Assembly: GCA_028023455.1 (NCBI GenBank) | Contig: JAQFVV010000001.1 | Coordinates: 4,650,001 to 4,714,000 of the forward strand | Direction of reading: 5' to 3' | Source: Epiperipatus broadwayi | Lineage: Eukaryota; Animalia; Onychophora | DNA: 64,000 bases | Part shown: in pieces, positions 63,039 to 64,000 of the stretch | Position numbering within the stretch: the stretch's first letter is position 1 | Layout of the letters: the number at the start of each line of letters is the position of its first letter | Notes under the pieces: generated by a model | Told to the model about the DNA's origin: nothing | Seen by the model: the letters and a program-made list of their open reading frames with translations, nothing else | The model's database searches: none | Translations under genes and position numbers: made by a program

Positions 63039-64000
63039 CTTATCAGTTTTTGGAGAAAAAAAAAGATTTGAATTTTAATATTTTGATTCTGTAAACGCAC
63101 ATATATAAAATACATATATATATTATTCACTGAACGATGTTATGAATGCACTTTAAATGTTTGCCATGAAGTTTGCATAGCATATTAATAATTATTATTT
63201 ACCTACAATATTTGATTTTATCTTGATTAATTATTAATTGAAATAAAGCATTTTTTCTTTAACCGTTCATTTCCAAACTCTGAATATGCTCTTCTCTTAC
63301 TTAAAATAAACTACTAAATTTTACATTTTTATTTACCATTGTCAAACTCACTCCACTCACAACTTTGTCACTATCTATATATACTTCAAATTCTTTAAGG
63401 ATATATACAAGAATGTGTTTAATGTTTTATTCTATGTTCCAAACAATATTAATAAATTAGTGAATAATCCTAAGGATATCATACTGTCAAACAGAAAAAT
63501 AATACTATAAATCAAATTTTTTGTGAGTGTATATTATCATATATAGGTGAATTGAGGTGCCGTCTTGAAAAGAGATTAAAGGAACATGAATTACTATATA
63601 TGCATGTAAAAATTAAGAATAATGATGATTTAATAACTGCTTCAGTTTTCTTTGATCATGAAAAAACATGTAATTTTAATTTAAATTTGATTTTGAAAGT
63701 GGAAAATTCTTCATGAAGAGAGAAACCATAATAATAAAAAAACCTTAATGAGGCAATTTTTATAAATAGGAATAAAATGCATTTAATAAATAGATAAGCT
63801 GCCAACATTAAAATACAGGATTCATGGGATTTGAATTGATGATGTTTGCTTCTGTTTGCTTTTTTTTTTTAATTTAATGGCAGTTGAGACAGGTTTAAGA
63901 AATTAACTGAAAGTACTTCAGTGGATTGAAAGACTGTTTATAATAGTTTATTACCATTATATTTTTATTACATCACAATTTTGTTCTAATTAATGGACAT

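Overview
Very AT-rich, CpG-depleted, repeat-dominated DNA that reads as a eukaryotic (probably invertebrate) intergenic or intronic region; the species cannot be named from the sequence. No host protein-coding gene can be called with confidence, and most listed ORFs are fragments or antisense shadows of decayed retroelements. Standard content: four decayed RTE/RTE-X-like LINE relics, three L1/Tx1-clade elements (one on + at 18.7-24.3 kb, two head-to-tail on - at 41.8-51.6 kb), two Penelope-like element (PLE) relics (N-terminal ORF region and GIY-YIG endonuclease), a hAT/Charlie-type MITE with a perfect 8-bp TSD, two tRNA-like sequences and several foldbacks. The main result is a set of non-coding retroelement families not explained by the ORF track. 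Family 1 has a ~481-nt monomer carrying a type I hammerhead ribozyme (CUGAUGA...GAAA, palindromic helix III AUACGUAU); there are 10 complete or partial ribozyme copies at 6 loci. Family 2 (5 loci) carries, in its longest copy, a 62-bp tandem array of decayed minimal hammerhead-like motifs (helix III ACUAGU, GUC site). Both families sit between 10-15 bp target-site duplications and mostly insert as two oppositely oriented pieces diverging from a central junction. This is consistent with twin-primed reverse transcription of multimeric or circular RNA, plausibly driven by PLE enzymes (inference). All alignments were done by eye; element boundaries are approximate unless anchored by a TSD or TIR.
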